A stretch of DNA of 64,000 nt. It comes from Abditibacterium sp. GTDB taxonomy: Bacteria; Armatimonadota; Abditibacteriia; Abditibacteriales; Abditibacteriaceae. The stretch lies in the NCBI GenBank assembly GCA_965246885.1, contig OZ251992.1:480001-544000 (forward strand). The letters run 5' to 3'. Made by a program: the position numbers and the translations under genes. Positions 28,656 through 37,992 of this stretch are shown here, piece after piece; positions within the stretch are counted from its first letter, which is position 1, and the number at the start of each line of letters is the position of its first letter. Below the pieces are notes generated by a model. The model was not told the origin of the DNA, did not search any database, and was given only the letters and a program-made list of their open reading frames with translations.

Positions 28656-29429
28656 ATGGAACCCTGGAAATTAGCCATTATCGGTGTGCTGGGCGCGGGG
28701 ATGTTGGGCTACGGCATGTATGCCAACTCGACACCCAAAGTCAACTTGGCGCCGCCCATGCCGGGCGCCGCTCCGGTGCCCGTGCAATATGTGGGCAAAG
28801 CGCTCCCGGCGTGGCCCAGTGTCACGCAGTGGATGAACACGTCCGCTCCGCCGTCGCTGAACGGGTTGAAGGGCAAGACGGTGCTCCTCGAAGTGTTTCG
28901 CACCGAGTGCTCGCATTGCCAAGCGGCGGCGCCGTTTCTGGCGAAACTTTATCCGCGCTACGCGCCGCGCGGCATTGAGTTCGTGGGCATCCAGTCGCCC
29001 TCGAAGTCGCCCGAACCCGACAATCCTGAAGAGGACTGGACGAAAGTGCAAGCGTGGGCCAAAGCAAAAGGCTACACATGGCCGGTCGGCTTCGATGACA
29101 AAAGCCAGTGGTTCCAAGGCAAGTTCGGCCAAGGCGTCTCGTATCCGTCGCTGTTTCTCCTCGGCCCCGATGGGAAGGTGGGGTTCTTCCAGTCGGGTCA
29201 CACCCCGGAGAAGGCGTTGGATTTGGCCGTTGAATTGGAAAAAGTCGCGCCCGGACAGGGCGATAACGCCGCGCGCGCGCGCGATTTGACGCGCTTTCTG
29301 GCGAGCGATTTGGGAGTGCAAAGCGATCAGAAAGCGCAGCAGTCGCTCGCCGCCGACATCCAAACCCGCCTTTCTGCCAAACCCCAAACCAAAACCGCCG
29401 CCGCGCCCGCACCCGCCAAAGCGGGTTAG
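28656..29429 (+). CDS. TlpA/redoxin-family thioredoxin-like protein, membrane anchored
   Basis: N-terminal TM; LKGKTVLLEVFRTECSHC (CxxC); YPSLFLLGPDGKV. Confidence 0.85.
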   Translation: MEPWKLAIIGVLGAGMLGYGMYANSTPKVNLAPPMPGAAPVPVQYVGKALPAWPSVTQWMNTSAPPSLNGLKGKTVLLEVFRTECSHCQAAAPFLAKLYPRYAPRGIEFVGIQSPSKSPEPDNPEEDWTKVQAWAKAKGYTWPVGFDDKSQWFQGKFGQGVSYPSLFLLGPDGKVGFFQSGHTPEKALDLAVELEKVAPGQGDNAARARDLTRFLASDLGVQSDQKAQQSLAADIQTRLSAKPQTKTAAAPAPAKAG

Positions 29430-31093
29430 GCCCGGCACAGCGCGCACAGCCAGCCGCCCGCGTGGGGAATCCAGTCCTCGTCGGTGAACGAGTGCGGCCC
29501 GTCGTTGGCGATCATTGGCGCGACGTCGAAGGTGAACTGGTCGCCCGTCGAGAAGCCGTTGCAGATGGAGCCGCGCACGGCGAGCCAAGTGCCCGCCGTG
29601 CGTGCGCCGATGCCGCATATCATGCTGACCGGGAGCGCCACGCCGGGGGGCACGTCGGCGCTCCACATGTGGGAGGCGAAGAGGGAGTCGCTTGAAAGGC
29701 CAGCGTTCAGCCCTGCTATCCATTGGAGGTTGCCGACGGCAATGTCGCCAAAGCGGGCGTCGCCAAACAGTGCCTCGAACTCGAAACCCAGCGCCGCCGC
29801 CCATCCGTAAACCCCGTTCATGCCGTGCCACAATCCGGCGAACCAAAGCAGCCCTTGGCCGGCGAAAATACCGAGCGGAAGCAGCAAAAACGGGTTCGCT
29901 TGGCAGGCGGGCAGGAAGTAACCGTAAGCGAAGTCGCGCACCGTGTCCTGCCATAACCCGGCGTCGGGGTGCGCGGGATGGGCGCGAAGCATTTCGATGA
30001 GCGGCACGAGGTAGTGCGGAAACGTCGCCGTGACATCCGAGCCGATTCCGCTCTTGCCGAGGGAATGGAGCCACGCTTTTTCGGGCAAATCGGCGCTTGC
30101 ATACGTGCGGAAGTATCCGTAGAAGCCGAACTGCCCCTCACCTTCACTCACTTGGCGCTCGCAAAGTTCCCGCGCTAACTCCGCCGCGCGCCGCGCGAAG
30201 TCCGGCACGTCTTCACTTCCGAAATCGAGGCGCGACAGTTCCCACGCGGCCCACAGAGCGGTCGTGAGATCATGGCTGAGATGCTCGCGCGGCGGTTGCC
30301 AGTCGTCGGCAACGCCGTGCGCTGTCGGGTTAAAACCCTGCGCTCCGCACGGCTCGCACCGCTCGAACCACGCGAAAGCGAGCGCGGCGCGCCGGGTGTA
30401 ATCGGCTTTGCGCGCGGCGTAGTCGTCGCCTAAAAGCCGCGCGGCGCGTGCCCACACGACGGCGGCTTGCAGGGCGTCACCGGGCAAATGGGTGTCGGGG
30501 AAAGTTGGCAGTTCGTGGATGAGCGCGCCATTGGCGTCGCCGCGACCATCAGTTTGGTCTTGCAAGAGCGCCAAGTAGTCGGCGCCGTTGACGATTTGCT
30601 CCCCCAAACGCGCCCGTTCCTCGGTATTCCACTGGCCCGCGCGGTGTTCCAACACGTCAAGCAAGCCGAGGGCGAACGCGGCGTGCGAGTTCGCTTCTTG
30701 CCAATGGGCGCCGCAATCCTGCCACCCGACGCCGTTCTTGGCCAGCCGCGCGCGCCGCTCGGCTTGGTCAACCGACGCCAGCCAGCCCGACTTCTGCCAC
30801 AATAGCCCCGCGCCGACTTCAATCTCGCCCCCGAAACGGGCGTCGCCGTTCACTATCTCTATCGTGAACCGTCCGCCCTCGCTCAGGCCGGAAAAATCGG
30901 CGATCCACCAGTGGCTGCCCCACTTTTCGCCCCACAGGGTGACGGCGCCTTCGAGCCAAACCGCCGCGCCGCGCAGGACGCGAAAGCGCGCGGCGGGCGA
31001 GAGTTCGCCTGCGCCGCCACGAACGATGGCGCGCAGGGGGCGGCCCAAGTCGTAGCCGATTTGTGAATAAAGGAAGCCAACGGGGGAGTTCAT
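29426..31093 (-). CDS. GH9-like / six-hairpin glycosidase with N-terminal Ig-like domain
   Basis: SQIGY..ADFSGL..GRF (cellulase N-terminal Ig pattern), GWQDCG, NLQWIAGLN, DEDWIPH; real start at ATG 31093 overlaps the rbsK stop. Confidence 0.7.
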   Translation of the reverse strand: MNSPVGFLYSQIGYDLGRPLRAIVRGGAGELSPAARFRVLRGAAVWLEGAVTLWGEKWGSHWWIADFSGLSEGGRFTIEIVNGDARFGGEIEVGAGLLWQKSGWLASVDQAERRARLAKNGVGWQDCGAHWQEANSHAAFALGLLDVLEHRAGQWNTEERARLGEQIVNGADYLALLQDQTDGRGDANGALIHELPTFPDTHLPGDALQAAVVWARAARLLGDDYAARKADYTRRAALAFAWFERCEPCGAQGFNPTAHGVADDWQPPREHLSHDLTTALWAAWELSRLDFGSEDVPDFARRAAELARELCERQVSEGEGQFGFYGYFRTYASADLPEKAWLHSLGKSGIGSDVTATFPHYLVPLIEMLRAHPAHPDAGLWQDTVRDFAYGYFLPACQANPFLLLPLGIFAGQGLLWFAGLWHGMNGVYGWAAALGFEFEALFGDARFGDIAVGNLQWIAGLNAGLSSDSLFASHMWSADVPPGVALPVSMICGIGARTAGTWLAVRGSICNGFSTGDQFTFDVAPMIANDGPHSFTDEDWIPHAGGWLCALCRA

Positions 31094-31995
31094 CGGGTCG
31101 CCTCCACTTCCGCCCGCGTCGGGATGGACGGCTGGGCGCCCGCGCGCGTGACGCTTAGGGCGGACGCGGCGACGGCGAACTCGACCGAGGGCGAAACCGC
31201 GCCGCTTTGCGCCCACGCGACGGCGAAAGCGCCGCAAAACGTGTCGCCCGCCGCCGTCGAATCGAGGGCGCGAACTTGGGGAGCCGGGACATGGGCTTCG
31301 CCTTCCCCGGACAAAACGAACGCGCCCCCGGCGCCGAGCGTAACGATCACGATTTGCGGCCCGCGACCACGCAGCCAATGCGCGGCGACGATCGCTTCGG
31401 CAAGGGAACCGACGGCTTGCCCGCACAAGGCGGCGGCTTCGGTTTCGTTGACGATGAGGGCGGTCAGGGCGTCGCTGAGGGCGATGGCGCCGCGCGCCGG
31501 GGCGTAGTTGAAAACAACGGGGACTTTGTTTTGCTTGGCCAACTCCAAGGCGCGGCGGTTGACCGCGTCGGGAATTTCCATTTGCAGCACGACGACATCG
31601 GCTTGGGCGAAGAGTTCGGCGCGTAGGTGTCCGGGCAAAAGCGCGTAGTTGGCGCCGGGAGCAACCGCGAGATAATTGTCGCCCGCGCGGTCGAACATGA
31701 CCAAAGCCGACCCACTTGGAGCATCGGGCGCTTGGTGGATGTGGCCGGTTTCGATGCCCTCGCGCCGGAAGTTCTCGATCATCTGCGCGCCGAACGGGTC
31801 GCGCCCGACGCCGCACACCAACGTCACCGCGCCTCCGGCACGCGCGGCGGCGACGGCTTGATTGGCGCCTTTGCCGCCGAAAGTTTGGAGAAATTGCCCA
31901 TCGGTCACGGTTTCGCCGACGCGCGGAAGCGCCGCCAAGCCCATAATGAAGTCGGTATTCGACGAGCCGACAACGAGAACGCGGGGAACGCTCAT
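31090..31995 (-). CDS. rbsK: Ribokinase (PfkB family)
   Basis: VVGSSNTD, GGKGANQAVAAAR, NETEA, DSTAAGDTFCG, GAQPSIP. Confidence 0.93.
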   Translation of the reverse strand: MSVPRVLVVGSSNTDFIMGLAALPRVGETVTDGQFLQTFGGKGANQAVAAARAGGAVTLVCGVGRDPFGAQMIENFRREGIETGHIHQAPDAPSGSALVMFDRAGDNYLAVAPGANYALLPGHLRAELFAQADVVVLQMEIPDAVNRRALELAKQNKVPVVFNYAPARGAIALSDALTALIVNETEAAALCGQAVGSLAEAIVAAHWLRGRGPQIVIVTLGAGGAFVLSGEGEAHVPAPQVRALDSTAAGDTFCGAFAVAWAQSGAVSPSVEFAVAASALSVTRAGAQPSIPTRAEVEATR

Positions 31996-32772
31996 TTAGT
32001 AGCCCACCTGCGTCGCAACGGGGATGGGCGATGGAGCGGCGCCCTCGAACTGCGCGCGAGCGGCGCTTAAGATGGCGTGTGTGGAGGTGGTGCCAATGCG
32101 CGACACGCCGAGCGGTAGCACCCGCATCACGTCGGCAAGGGTTCGCATGCCGCCCGATGCTTTGACGCCTACCGTTGGTGCGCACACGCGGCGCATGAGA
32201 ACGAGGTCGGCGTCTTGGGCGCCCGGAGCGAAGAAGTGGCTGTCGTCGGTTTTGACAAAACCAAAGCCCGTCGAGGTTTTCACCCAGTCGGCGCCCAGTT
32301 CCGAGCAGATCTCGCATAAGCGGATTTTGTCGGCTTCGGCGGTGAGATAGCTCGTCTCGAAGATGACTTTGAGTTTTCCGCCGTGCCGCCGCGTTTCGGC
32401 TAATACGGCGGCGATGTCGGCGCGCACGAAACTCCAATCGCCGCCCAAGGCTTTGCCCGTGTTGACGACCATATCCACTTCGCGCGCGCCGTCGGCAAAA
32501 GCGTGGGCGGTCTCGGCGACTTTGACGGGCGTAATTTGGGTGCCGTGCGGAAAGCCGATCACCGTCCCGACGCCGATGGGCGTGCCGGACAGCAGGGAAG
32601 CCGCGAGCGCGACGGCGTGCGGCTTGATGCAAACGGTAGCGATGGGGAAGGCGCGCAGCCCCTCGATGTCGGCGCGCAACCCGGCGTCGGTCAGGGTGGG
32701 GTGGAGCAGGGCGTGGTCAAGTGTCGCCGCGATCTGGGCAACGGACGGGGCGGTAGTAGTGGGCTGATTCAT
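31996..32772 (-). CDS. deoC: Deoxyribose-phosphate aldolase
   Basis: LDHALLHP, VIGFPHG, EVDMV, LKVIFET, VKTSTGF, VKASGG, RIGTTS. Confidence 0.95.
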   Translation of the reverse strand: MNQPTTTAPSVAQIAATLDHALLHPTLTDAGLRADIEGLRAFPIATVCIKPHAVALAASLLSGTPIGVGTVIGFPHGTQITPVKVAETAHAFADGAREVDMVVNTGKALGGDWSFVRADIAAVLAETRRHGGKLKVIFETSYLTAEADKIRLCEICSELGADWVKTSTGFGFVKTDDSHFFAPGAQDADLVLMRRVCAPTVGVKASGGMRTLADVMRVLPLGVSRIGTTSTHAILSAARAQFEGAAPSPIPVATQVGY

Positions 32773-32833
32773 GGGAAATTTGGGCGCAGAGAAAAATTTT
32801 CGCCAAAAGTGTTAGAACGGGGTGCCAAATGGG

Positions 32834-32859
32834 TATAATCCATATTGTTCCGAAACAAT
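32834..32859 (+). promoter_or_regulatory. Putative -10 box and palindromic operator in the divergent deoC/regulator region
   Basis: TATAAT at 32834-32839 followed by near-palindrome ATTGTTCCGAAACAAT (32844-32859). Confidence 0.5.
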
Positions 32860-32914
32860 CGAGGCGACCAGCAGTTTGACCGGGCCGCTTCGATTTGGGA
32901 AGGAGGATGGCACA

Positions 32915-34054
32915 ATGAGCAGCAACGGCATTTACAAAGCGGACGGCAAAGTGGCCCAAACGAGCGCGCAGTTGGAAACGATGGCGCGCTCGCTGGGCGA
33001 TCACGTGCGTTTGCCGGGAGTGCGCGAGCTACGAGCGCAGTTGGGTGTCAGCCTGACGACGCTCCAAGAAGCGTTGGGCGATTTGGAAGGGCGGGAAGTG
33101 ATTTACCGGCGGCAGGGAAGCGGCATCTTCGTGTCGCCGCGCCGCGACGTGCGCAACATCTTGATGCTGTGCGACTACTCGCACATCCGCTCGGCGAGCC
33201 ACTCGCCCTTTTGGGACATCGTGGCGGACAAAGCGATGGCGCGGGCGGCCTCTCATAGGGAGCAGGTGCGTTCGCACTTCACCTCAACGTTGGGCAACGA
33301 GGGCGAACTGCTGCCGCCCGCGTTGATGGGCGAAGTGTTGTCGGGCCGTGTGCATGGCATCGTGGCTGCGTCCATCCATGACGATACGGCACGCGGGTTA
33401 CGCCAGTTGAAAGTACCATTCGTATCGTTTGGCGCGCGCGGACAGGGCACTGTCTTTCTCGCTGAACACACAATGCTGCACTTAGGCGTGCGCGCGCTCA
33501 AGGAGCGCGGATGTAAGCGGATCGGGATATGGCGCCCCGTCGCCCCGCACCAACCCGACTCGTCCGAATCTGCGTCCGTCGGCTCTCAGTTGCTCCAAAC
33601 CTTCGCCGACGCGATGCGAGAAGAGGGCTTAGAGTTCGAGCCGCACTGCGTGGAGTACAACCTGAACTTGGTGCGCGGCCCCGGTCACATCACGCGCCTG
33701 AGCAAGCAAGAGCAGGGCTACGAGACGGCGCAGCGCGTGTTTTGTCCGTCGGGAGAAAAGCCGGACGGCATCGTAGTTACCGACGACCTAATGACGCACG
33801 GCGCGCTTTCGGCCCTGCAAAACATGGGCATCCAAGCGGGCCGCGACGTGCAAATCGCCTCGCACGCCAACAAAGGATCGGTCGTGCTGCTTGGGCAAAG
33901 CGAGCGCTTGGTTCTGCTCGAATTCGACCCAAGCGAGGTTGTCGAAGCCTTGTTTGGTCAATTAGAAACTTTGATGGACGGCCACTCTTTAGAGCGGCCC
34001 GAAATCTTTGTCCAACCTACGGTGCGCACCCCGTCGCGCCCGCAAGGTTTTTAG
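32915..34054 (+). CDS. GntR-HTH / LacI-type sugar-binding domain transcriptional regulator
   Basis: LPGVRELRAQLGVSLTTLQEAL..RRQGSGIFV; PDGIVVTDDLMTHGAL; AGGAGG SD before ATG 32915. Confidence 0.88.
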   Translation: MSSNGIYKADGKVAQTSAQLETMARSLGDHVRLPGVRELRAQLGVSLTTLQEALGDLEGREVIYRRQGSGIFVSPRRDVRNILMLCDYSHIRSASHSPFWDIVADKAMARAASHREQVRSHFTSTLGNEGELLPPALMGEVLSGRVHGIVAASIHDDTARGLRQLKVPFVSFGARGQGTVFLAEHTMLHLGVRALKERGCKRIGIWRPVAPHQPDSSESASVGSQLLQTFADAMREEGLEFEPHCVEYNLNLVRGPGHITRLSKQEQGYETAQRVFCPSGEKPDGIVVTDDLMTHGALSALQNMGIQAGRDVQIASHANKGSVVLLGQSERLVLLEFDPSEVVEALFGQLETLMDGHSLERPEIFVQPTVRTPSRPQGF

Positions 34055-34095
34055 GAACGGTTTAGACGGGAAATACTCTTTATTCAGAGGCTTCC

Positions 34096-34875
34096 ATGAA
34101 AACACAGAATACGTTAGTGTCCCGTAAAGGTTTCACATTGATAGAGTTGTTAGTAGTCATCGCCATCATCGCTATCTTGGCTGCTATTCTTTTCCCCGCG
34201 TTCGCTCGCGCCCGCGAGAACGCCCGCCGCGCCAGTTGCCAATCCAACCTCAAGCAGATCGGCTTGGGCATCCTGCAATACACGCAGGATTACGACGAAA
34301 CCTATCCGCGCGATTACTACGACACCGGAAGCTGGAACACGGTCATCTTCCCCTATGTGAAGAGCTTGCAGGTTTACAAGTGTCCCTCCAACAGGAGCGA
34401 CTTGACTGTTGGCACGACCCCTTCCGGCGACATCCCCCTCTCTTACATCGGGTTTGTGGCGCCCAATGGGTTCGAGCATCCTGTCACGCATGCGACCATC
34501 CCCTCCGTAATCGCCTCGAACTTCTTCTCCAGTGGAACGAGGCTATCCGAAATAATCTCCCCGGCAGAAGCACTTATGGTGGGTGAATACGCCAGCAAAG
34601 ACGTTGGCCGCGCGACCATCTCTATGTGCACGATTGACTCAACCGGGATTCAGCCGGGCGAGTATCAAAGCCATTTGGCCACGTCCAACTTTTTGTTTTC
34701 CGACGGGCACGTCAAGGCCATGCGTTGGGATCGCACATTCACCTCGACAGTAAATATGTATGCCGCCGACACCACAGCCGTTGACGACACCTCGCGTGGT
34801 TACAACACGTTCTTTGGGGGCGCCAACGCGACCATGACTGCGTTCACGACCAAAGTGCAAAGCACTTTGAATTAA
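34096..34875 (+). CDS. Prepilin-type N-terminal cleavage/methylation protein (DUF1559, H-X9-DG)
   Basis: [62 protein letters not shown]. Confidence 0.93.
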   Translation: MKTQNTLVSRKGFTLIELLVVIAIIAILAAILFPAFARARENARRASCQSNLKQIGLGILQYTQDYDETYPRDYYDTGSWNTVIFPYVKSLQVYKCPSNRSDLTVGTTPSGDIPLSYIGFVAPNGFEHPVTHATIPSVIASNFFSSGTRLSEIISPAEALMVGEYASKDVGRATISMCTIDSTGIQPGEYQSHLATSNFLFSDGHVKAMRWDRTFTSTVNMYAADTTAVDDTSRGYNTFFGGANATMTAFTTKVQSTLN

Positions 34876-34892
34876 CTGCGCGCTTCCAAATC

Positions 34893-35141
34893 ATGAAATT
34901 CCTTGTTGTCGTGGCGTTAACCACATCTGTTCTGATCGGGGGGTGTAGCCACAGCATCCCCGCACCGTCGCCTACCGATGTTGCTCAAGCTCAGAGCCGG
35001 CAAAAGGCGGAAGAACTCAAGCAAATTGATGCTCTGATGCAAACGACGCAAAACGATCCTAAGATGTCCCCGGACAAAAAGGCTCAAGCGTTAGCCAATT
35101 TGCAAGCGCGACGTCAGTCCCTCTCAGTGGTTAAGCCTTGA
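34893..35141 (+). CDS. Small helical lipoprotein
   Basis: MKFLVVVALTTSVLIGGC lipobox; Q/K/A-rich helix. Confidence 0.75.
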   Translation: MKFLVVVALTTSVLIGGCSHSIPAPSPTDVAQAQSRQKAEELKQIDALMQTTQNDPKMSPDKKAQALANLQARRQSLSVVKP

Positions 35142-35176
35142 GCGCGTTCCCGCCGCATTCCCAACATCACCGTTTT

Positions 35177-35207
35177 CAAACGCCCGCTTCTTTGGAGCGG
35201 GCGTTTG
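35177..35207 (+). terminator. Stem-loop (terminator or mRNA-stabilising hairpin)
   Basis: CAAACGCCCGCTTC-TTT-GGAGCGGGCGTTTG. Confidence 0.6.
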
Positions 35208-35235
35208 GTGTGCCTTTTTAAACAACTGCTCCACC

Positions 35236-37596
35236 ATGTTCAAACCGTTTCTTTTTCTCGCCACTCTCGCCGCCGCTTACACGTCCACTTCTTCATGCGC
35301 TCAGTCCGCGCCCAAGGCGCTTGCTGTGGCTCAGCCTGTTACCCCGACAAAGCCCGCCGCGCCTTCTAACCCCGCCAACCTTTCCAACTCCTACAATTGG
35401 AAGCCGGTTCGGATTGGCGCGGGCGGGTTTGTGACGGGGTTCGTGACTCACCCGCTCGATGCCCGCGTGCGCTATTGCCGCACCGACGTTGGCAACGCTT
35501 ACAGGTGGAACGGACGCGAGTGGGTGCCAATGATCCGGCGCATCGGCAAGACCGGTTTGCCGCGCGAGTTCACGCGCGCGCCGGGGCAGGGCGGCAGTGA
35601 GGCCCTCGCTGTAGACCCCTCGAACACGCGCGTCGTTTACATGGCGTACGCGGGCTACTACTCGTCCGACCAGAAAGATGCCGGCTACGCCGCCGTGCCG
35701 GGGAGCGTCTACAAAAGCACGGACGGCGGGCAGACCTTTGTTGCGGGCGATTTGAACGTGCCGATGGAGCCGAACAACGAAGACCGCACCAACGGCGAGC
35801 GATTGCAAGTTGACCCCAACAACGGCCAAGTCGTTTATTACGGCTCGCGCAAAAACGGCCTGTGGCGCTCCGTTGATGGCGGCGCACATTGGGCGCAAGT
35901 GAGCGGGGGCGGAGCGCCCGACGCCACATCCAATGTTATGCGCGTCCTGTTTCTCAAGGGCGACACGGTTTCGAGTTCTGGGCAAACGGTGGGCAAGACG
36001 GTTTTCGCCACGACGTGGGGCGGCTCCGTGTTCGGTTCGACCGACGGCGGGGGCACTTGGACGAACATCTCCAAAGGCGAAGAGTTGGACGGGCACGCGG
36101 GCATTTCGCTCGTGGATAGTCGCGGCGCGCTGTATGTCGTGCAAAAAGACACCCCCTTCGTGTGGCGCTACGTCGGCGGTAAGTGGGAGAAGCTGATTAC
36201 ACGGCTAACCTACGGCGGCTCGCCCGCGCGTGGCTTCGCCGTTGATCCGCGCAACCCTGACCGACTGTATGCCAGCAACGGCAACGGCGGGTTGGGGCGC
36301 TCGCTCGATGGCGGCAAAACGTGGACGGAGCTTGGCTACGACATCCAATTTGCCAACACCTTCGGCTGGGGGCCGCAGCCGCGCTTCAAAGTGGGACGCT
36401 CCAACGCGGGCATTTTCTTCGACCGCGACGGCGTTCTGTGGATGCCCCAAGGCAACGAAGGCGTGCTACGCGTCAAGCTGACCGACACCGAACCGTTTGA
36501 CGGCGTGCGCTGGACAATTGACTCCAGTGGCATCGAAGAGTTCGTGACGCACGACGTCATTCTCCCGCCCGGTGGCAAGCCGCTCGTGGCCGTTCAGGAC
36601 GCTATCGGCCTGCTGGTCAACGACCCCGCCACGTTGTCGGCAAAGCAGATTAGCCTGCAAGACCAGCTAATCAGCAACGGAAGCGGTCTCGCGTACTGCC
36701 CCGACGCTCCCTCGTTCGTCGCGGTCGCTGCCGCCGACGTCAACCACACCGGGTCGGGCGCCAACTACTCCGGCTTCTCCTCCGATGGCGGCGCGACGTG
36801 GACGCGCTTCGCGGGCTTGCCCCACAACCCCGATGGCAGCACGGTCAACGCTCCCGGCTCCATCGCCATCTCGCGCCGCGACGGGCGCGCCTTGGGCGCC
36901 GACCACCTCGTCTACCTTCCCTCCGGCACAAGCGGCGCTTTCTACTCCAAGGACGGCGGCGCGACGTGGGCAAAAGCCACCGGCTTTCCAGACGCCCAAG
37001 CGTACTGGATTTTCGCCCTCAAGCAGCGCGCCCTCAAAGCCGACCCCTTCGTCGCCGACAAGTTTTACTACAAAGGCTCGTGGACTCCGGCGGGGCTGTA
37101 TGTCTCGACCGACGGCGGCGCGTCGTGGAGCGAGCAGAAAGACGCCGGTTTGCCGGGGAACACCCATCACGGCCAGTTGGAAGTCAATCGTTTGGTGAAG
37201 GACGACCTCTGGTTTGTGGACGGAATGGAAGGCGCAACGGCGCACGGCCTGTGGCACTCGACTGATGGCGCCCACTTCGCCCGCGTGCCCGGCGTTGATT
37301 TCGCCTACACCCTCGCCGTCGGCAAAGGAAGCGGCATCAAGGGCGATGCGCCTTCGGCCACCTACTTTTACGGCAAAATGAGCGGCGATGACGACTGGGG
37401 CGTTTTCCGCTCCCTCGACGGCGGCACCCATTGGGCGCGCATCTCGTATTACCCCACCGGTTTGCTCGACACCCCCACCTGTATGGCCGCCAATTACGAC
37501 GCTTTCGGGGTTGTTTACGTCGGCTTCAACGGCAACAGCTTCGTTTACGGAACGCCAGTCGCCGCCAAGACCCCCGCGCCCGCCAATTTGCCCTAA
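35236..37596 (+). CDS. Secreted GH74-like (xyloglucanase-type) BNR/Asp-box beta-propeller hydrolase
   Basis: YNWKPVRIGAGGFVTG..YCRTDVGNAYRW, GERLQVDPNN, many SxDGGxTW repeats. Confidence 0.85.
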   Translation: MFKPFLFLATLAAAYTSTSSCAQSAPKALAVAQPVTPTKPAAPSNPANLSNSYNWKPVRIGAGGFVTGFVTHPLDARVRYCRTDVGNAYRWNGREWVPMIRRIGKTGLPREFTRAPGQGGSEALAVDPSNTRVVYMAYAGYYSSDQKDAGYAAVPGSVYKSTDGGQTFVAGDLNVPMEPNNEDRTNGERLQVDPNNGQVVYYGSRKNGLWRSVDGGAHWAQVSGGGAPDATSNVMRVLFLKGDTVSSSGQTVGKTVFATTWGGSVFGSTDGGGTWTNISKGEELDGHAGISLVDSRGALYVVQKDTPFVWRYVGGKWEKLITRLTYGGSPARGFAVDPRNPDRLYASNGNGGLGRSLDGGKTWTELGYDIQFANTFGWGPQPRFKVGRSNAGIFFDRDGVLWMPQGNEGVLRVKLTDTEPFDGVRWTIDSSGIEEFVTHDVILPPGGKPLVAVQDAIGLLVNDPATLSAKQISLQDQLISNGSGLAYCPDAPSFVAVAAADVNHTGSGANYSGFSSDGGATWTRFAGLPHNPDGSTVNAPGSIAISRRDGRALGADHLVYLPSGTSGAFYSKDGGATWAKATGFPDAQAYWIFALKQRALKADPFVADKFYYKGSWTPAGLYVSTDGGASWSEQKDAGLPGNTHHGQLEVNRLVKDDLWFVDGMEGATAHGLWHSTDGAHFARVPGVDFAYTLAVGKGSGIKGDAPSATYFYGKMSGDDDWGVFRSLDGGTHWARISYYPTGLLDTPTCMAANYDAFGVVYVGFNGNSFVYGTPVAAKTPAPANLP

Positions 37597-37620
37597 CCAT
37601 CGTCAGGCGACCCGAAGACA

Positions 37621-37752
37621 GACGTGCGCCATGCGAAGACGGGCGTCCGGGAGCGAGTAACAGAGGCCAGCGGGTCGTTCCCGGACGTCTGTCACGCGTC
37701 CGCCGTCGTCTGTCACTCGCTCCCGGACGTCCGTCTTCGCATGGCGCACGTC
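37621..37752. repeat. 44-bp inverted repeat built from GACGTC-core units
   Basis: 37621-37664 versus 37709-37752, 2 mismatches. Confidence 0.8.
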
Positions 37753-37760
37753 GCTAAACG

Positions 37761-37791
37761 CACGGCGCCCCGATGGTTTCGGGGCGCCGTG
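37761..37791. terminator. GC hairpin between convergent genes
   Basis: CACGGCGCCCCGA-TGGTT-TCGGGGCGCCGTG. Confidence 0.6.
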
Positions 37792-37812
37792 TGGTGTTTT
37801 GCTCCGGCAGAC

Positions 37813-37938
37813 CTATTTCTTGGTCTTGTCGACTTGCTTGGCCGCCGCATCGCTGGCTTTTTTCGCGTCGCTCGCGCCGGTCTTGGTTTGCTTTTGTGCC
37901 GCCTGCTTTTTGTTGGATTTCGGGGATTTATCGCCCAT
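37813..37938 (-). CDS. Small Lys/Ala-rich protein, 41 aa (not in ORF track)
   Basis: MGDKSPKSNKKQAAQKQTKTGASDAKKASDAAAKQVDKTKK*, GGAGG SD about 9 nt upstream, hairpin just downstream. Confidence 0.65.
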   Translation of the reverse strand: MGDKSPKSNKKQAAQKQTKTGASDAKKASDAAAKQVDKTKK

Positions 37939-37992
37939 AGTATTTTGCCTCCGTGCGTAGGTCGCAGTATAAGCGCCAAGGGCGGCGACATG

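Noticed and set aside
31094..32632. N-terminal half of the 1068-aa ORF 29426-32632
   Set aside because: Arg-rich off-frame shadow of rbsK and deoC; the real gene starts at 31093.
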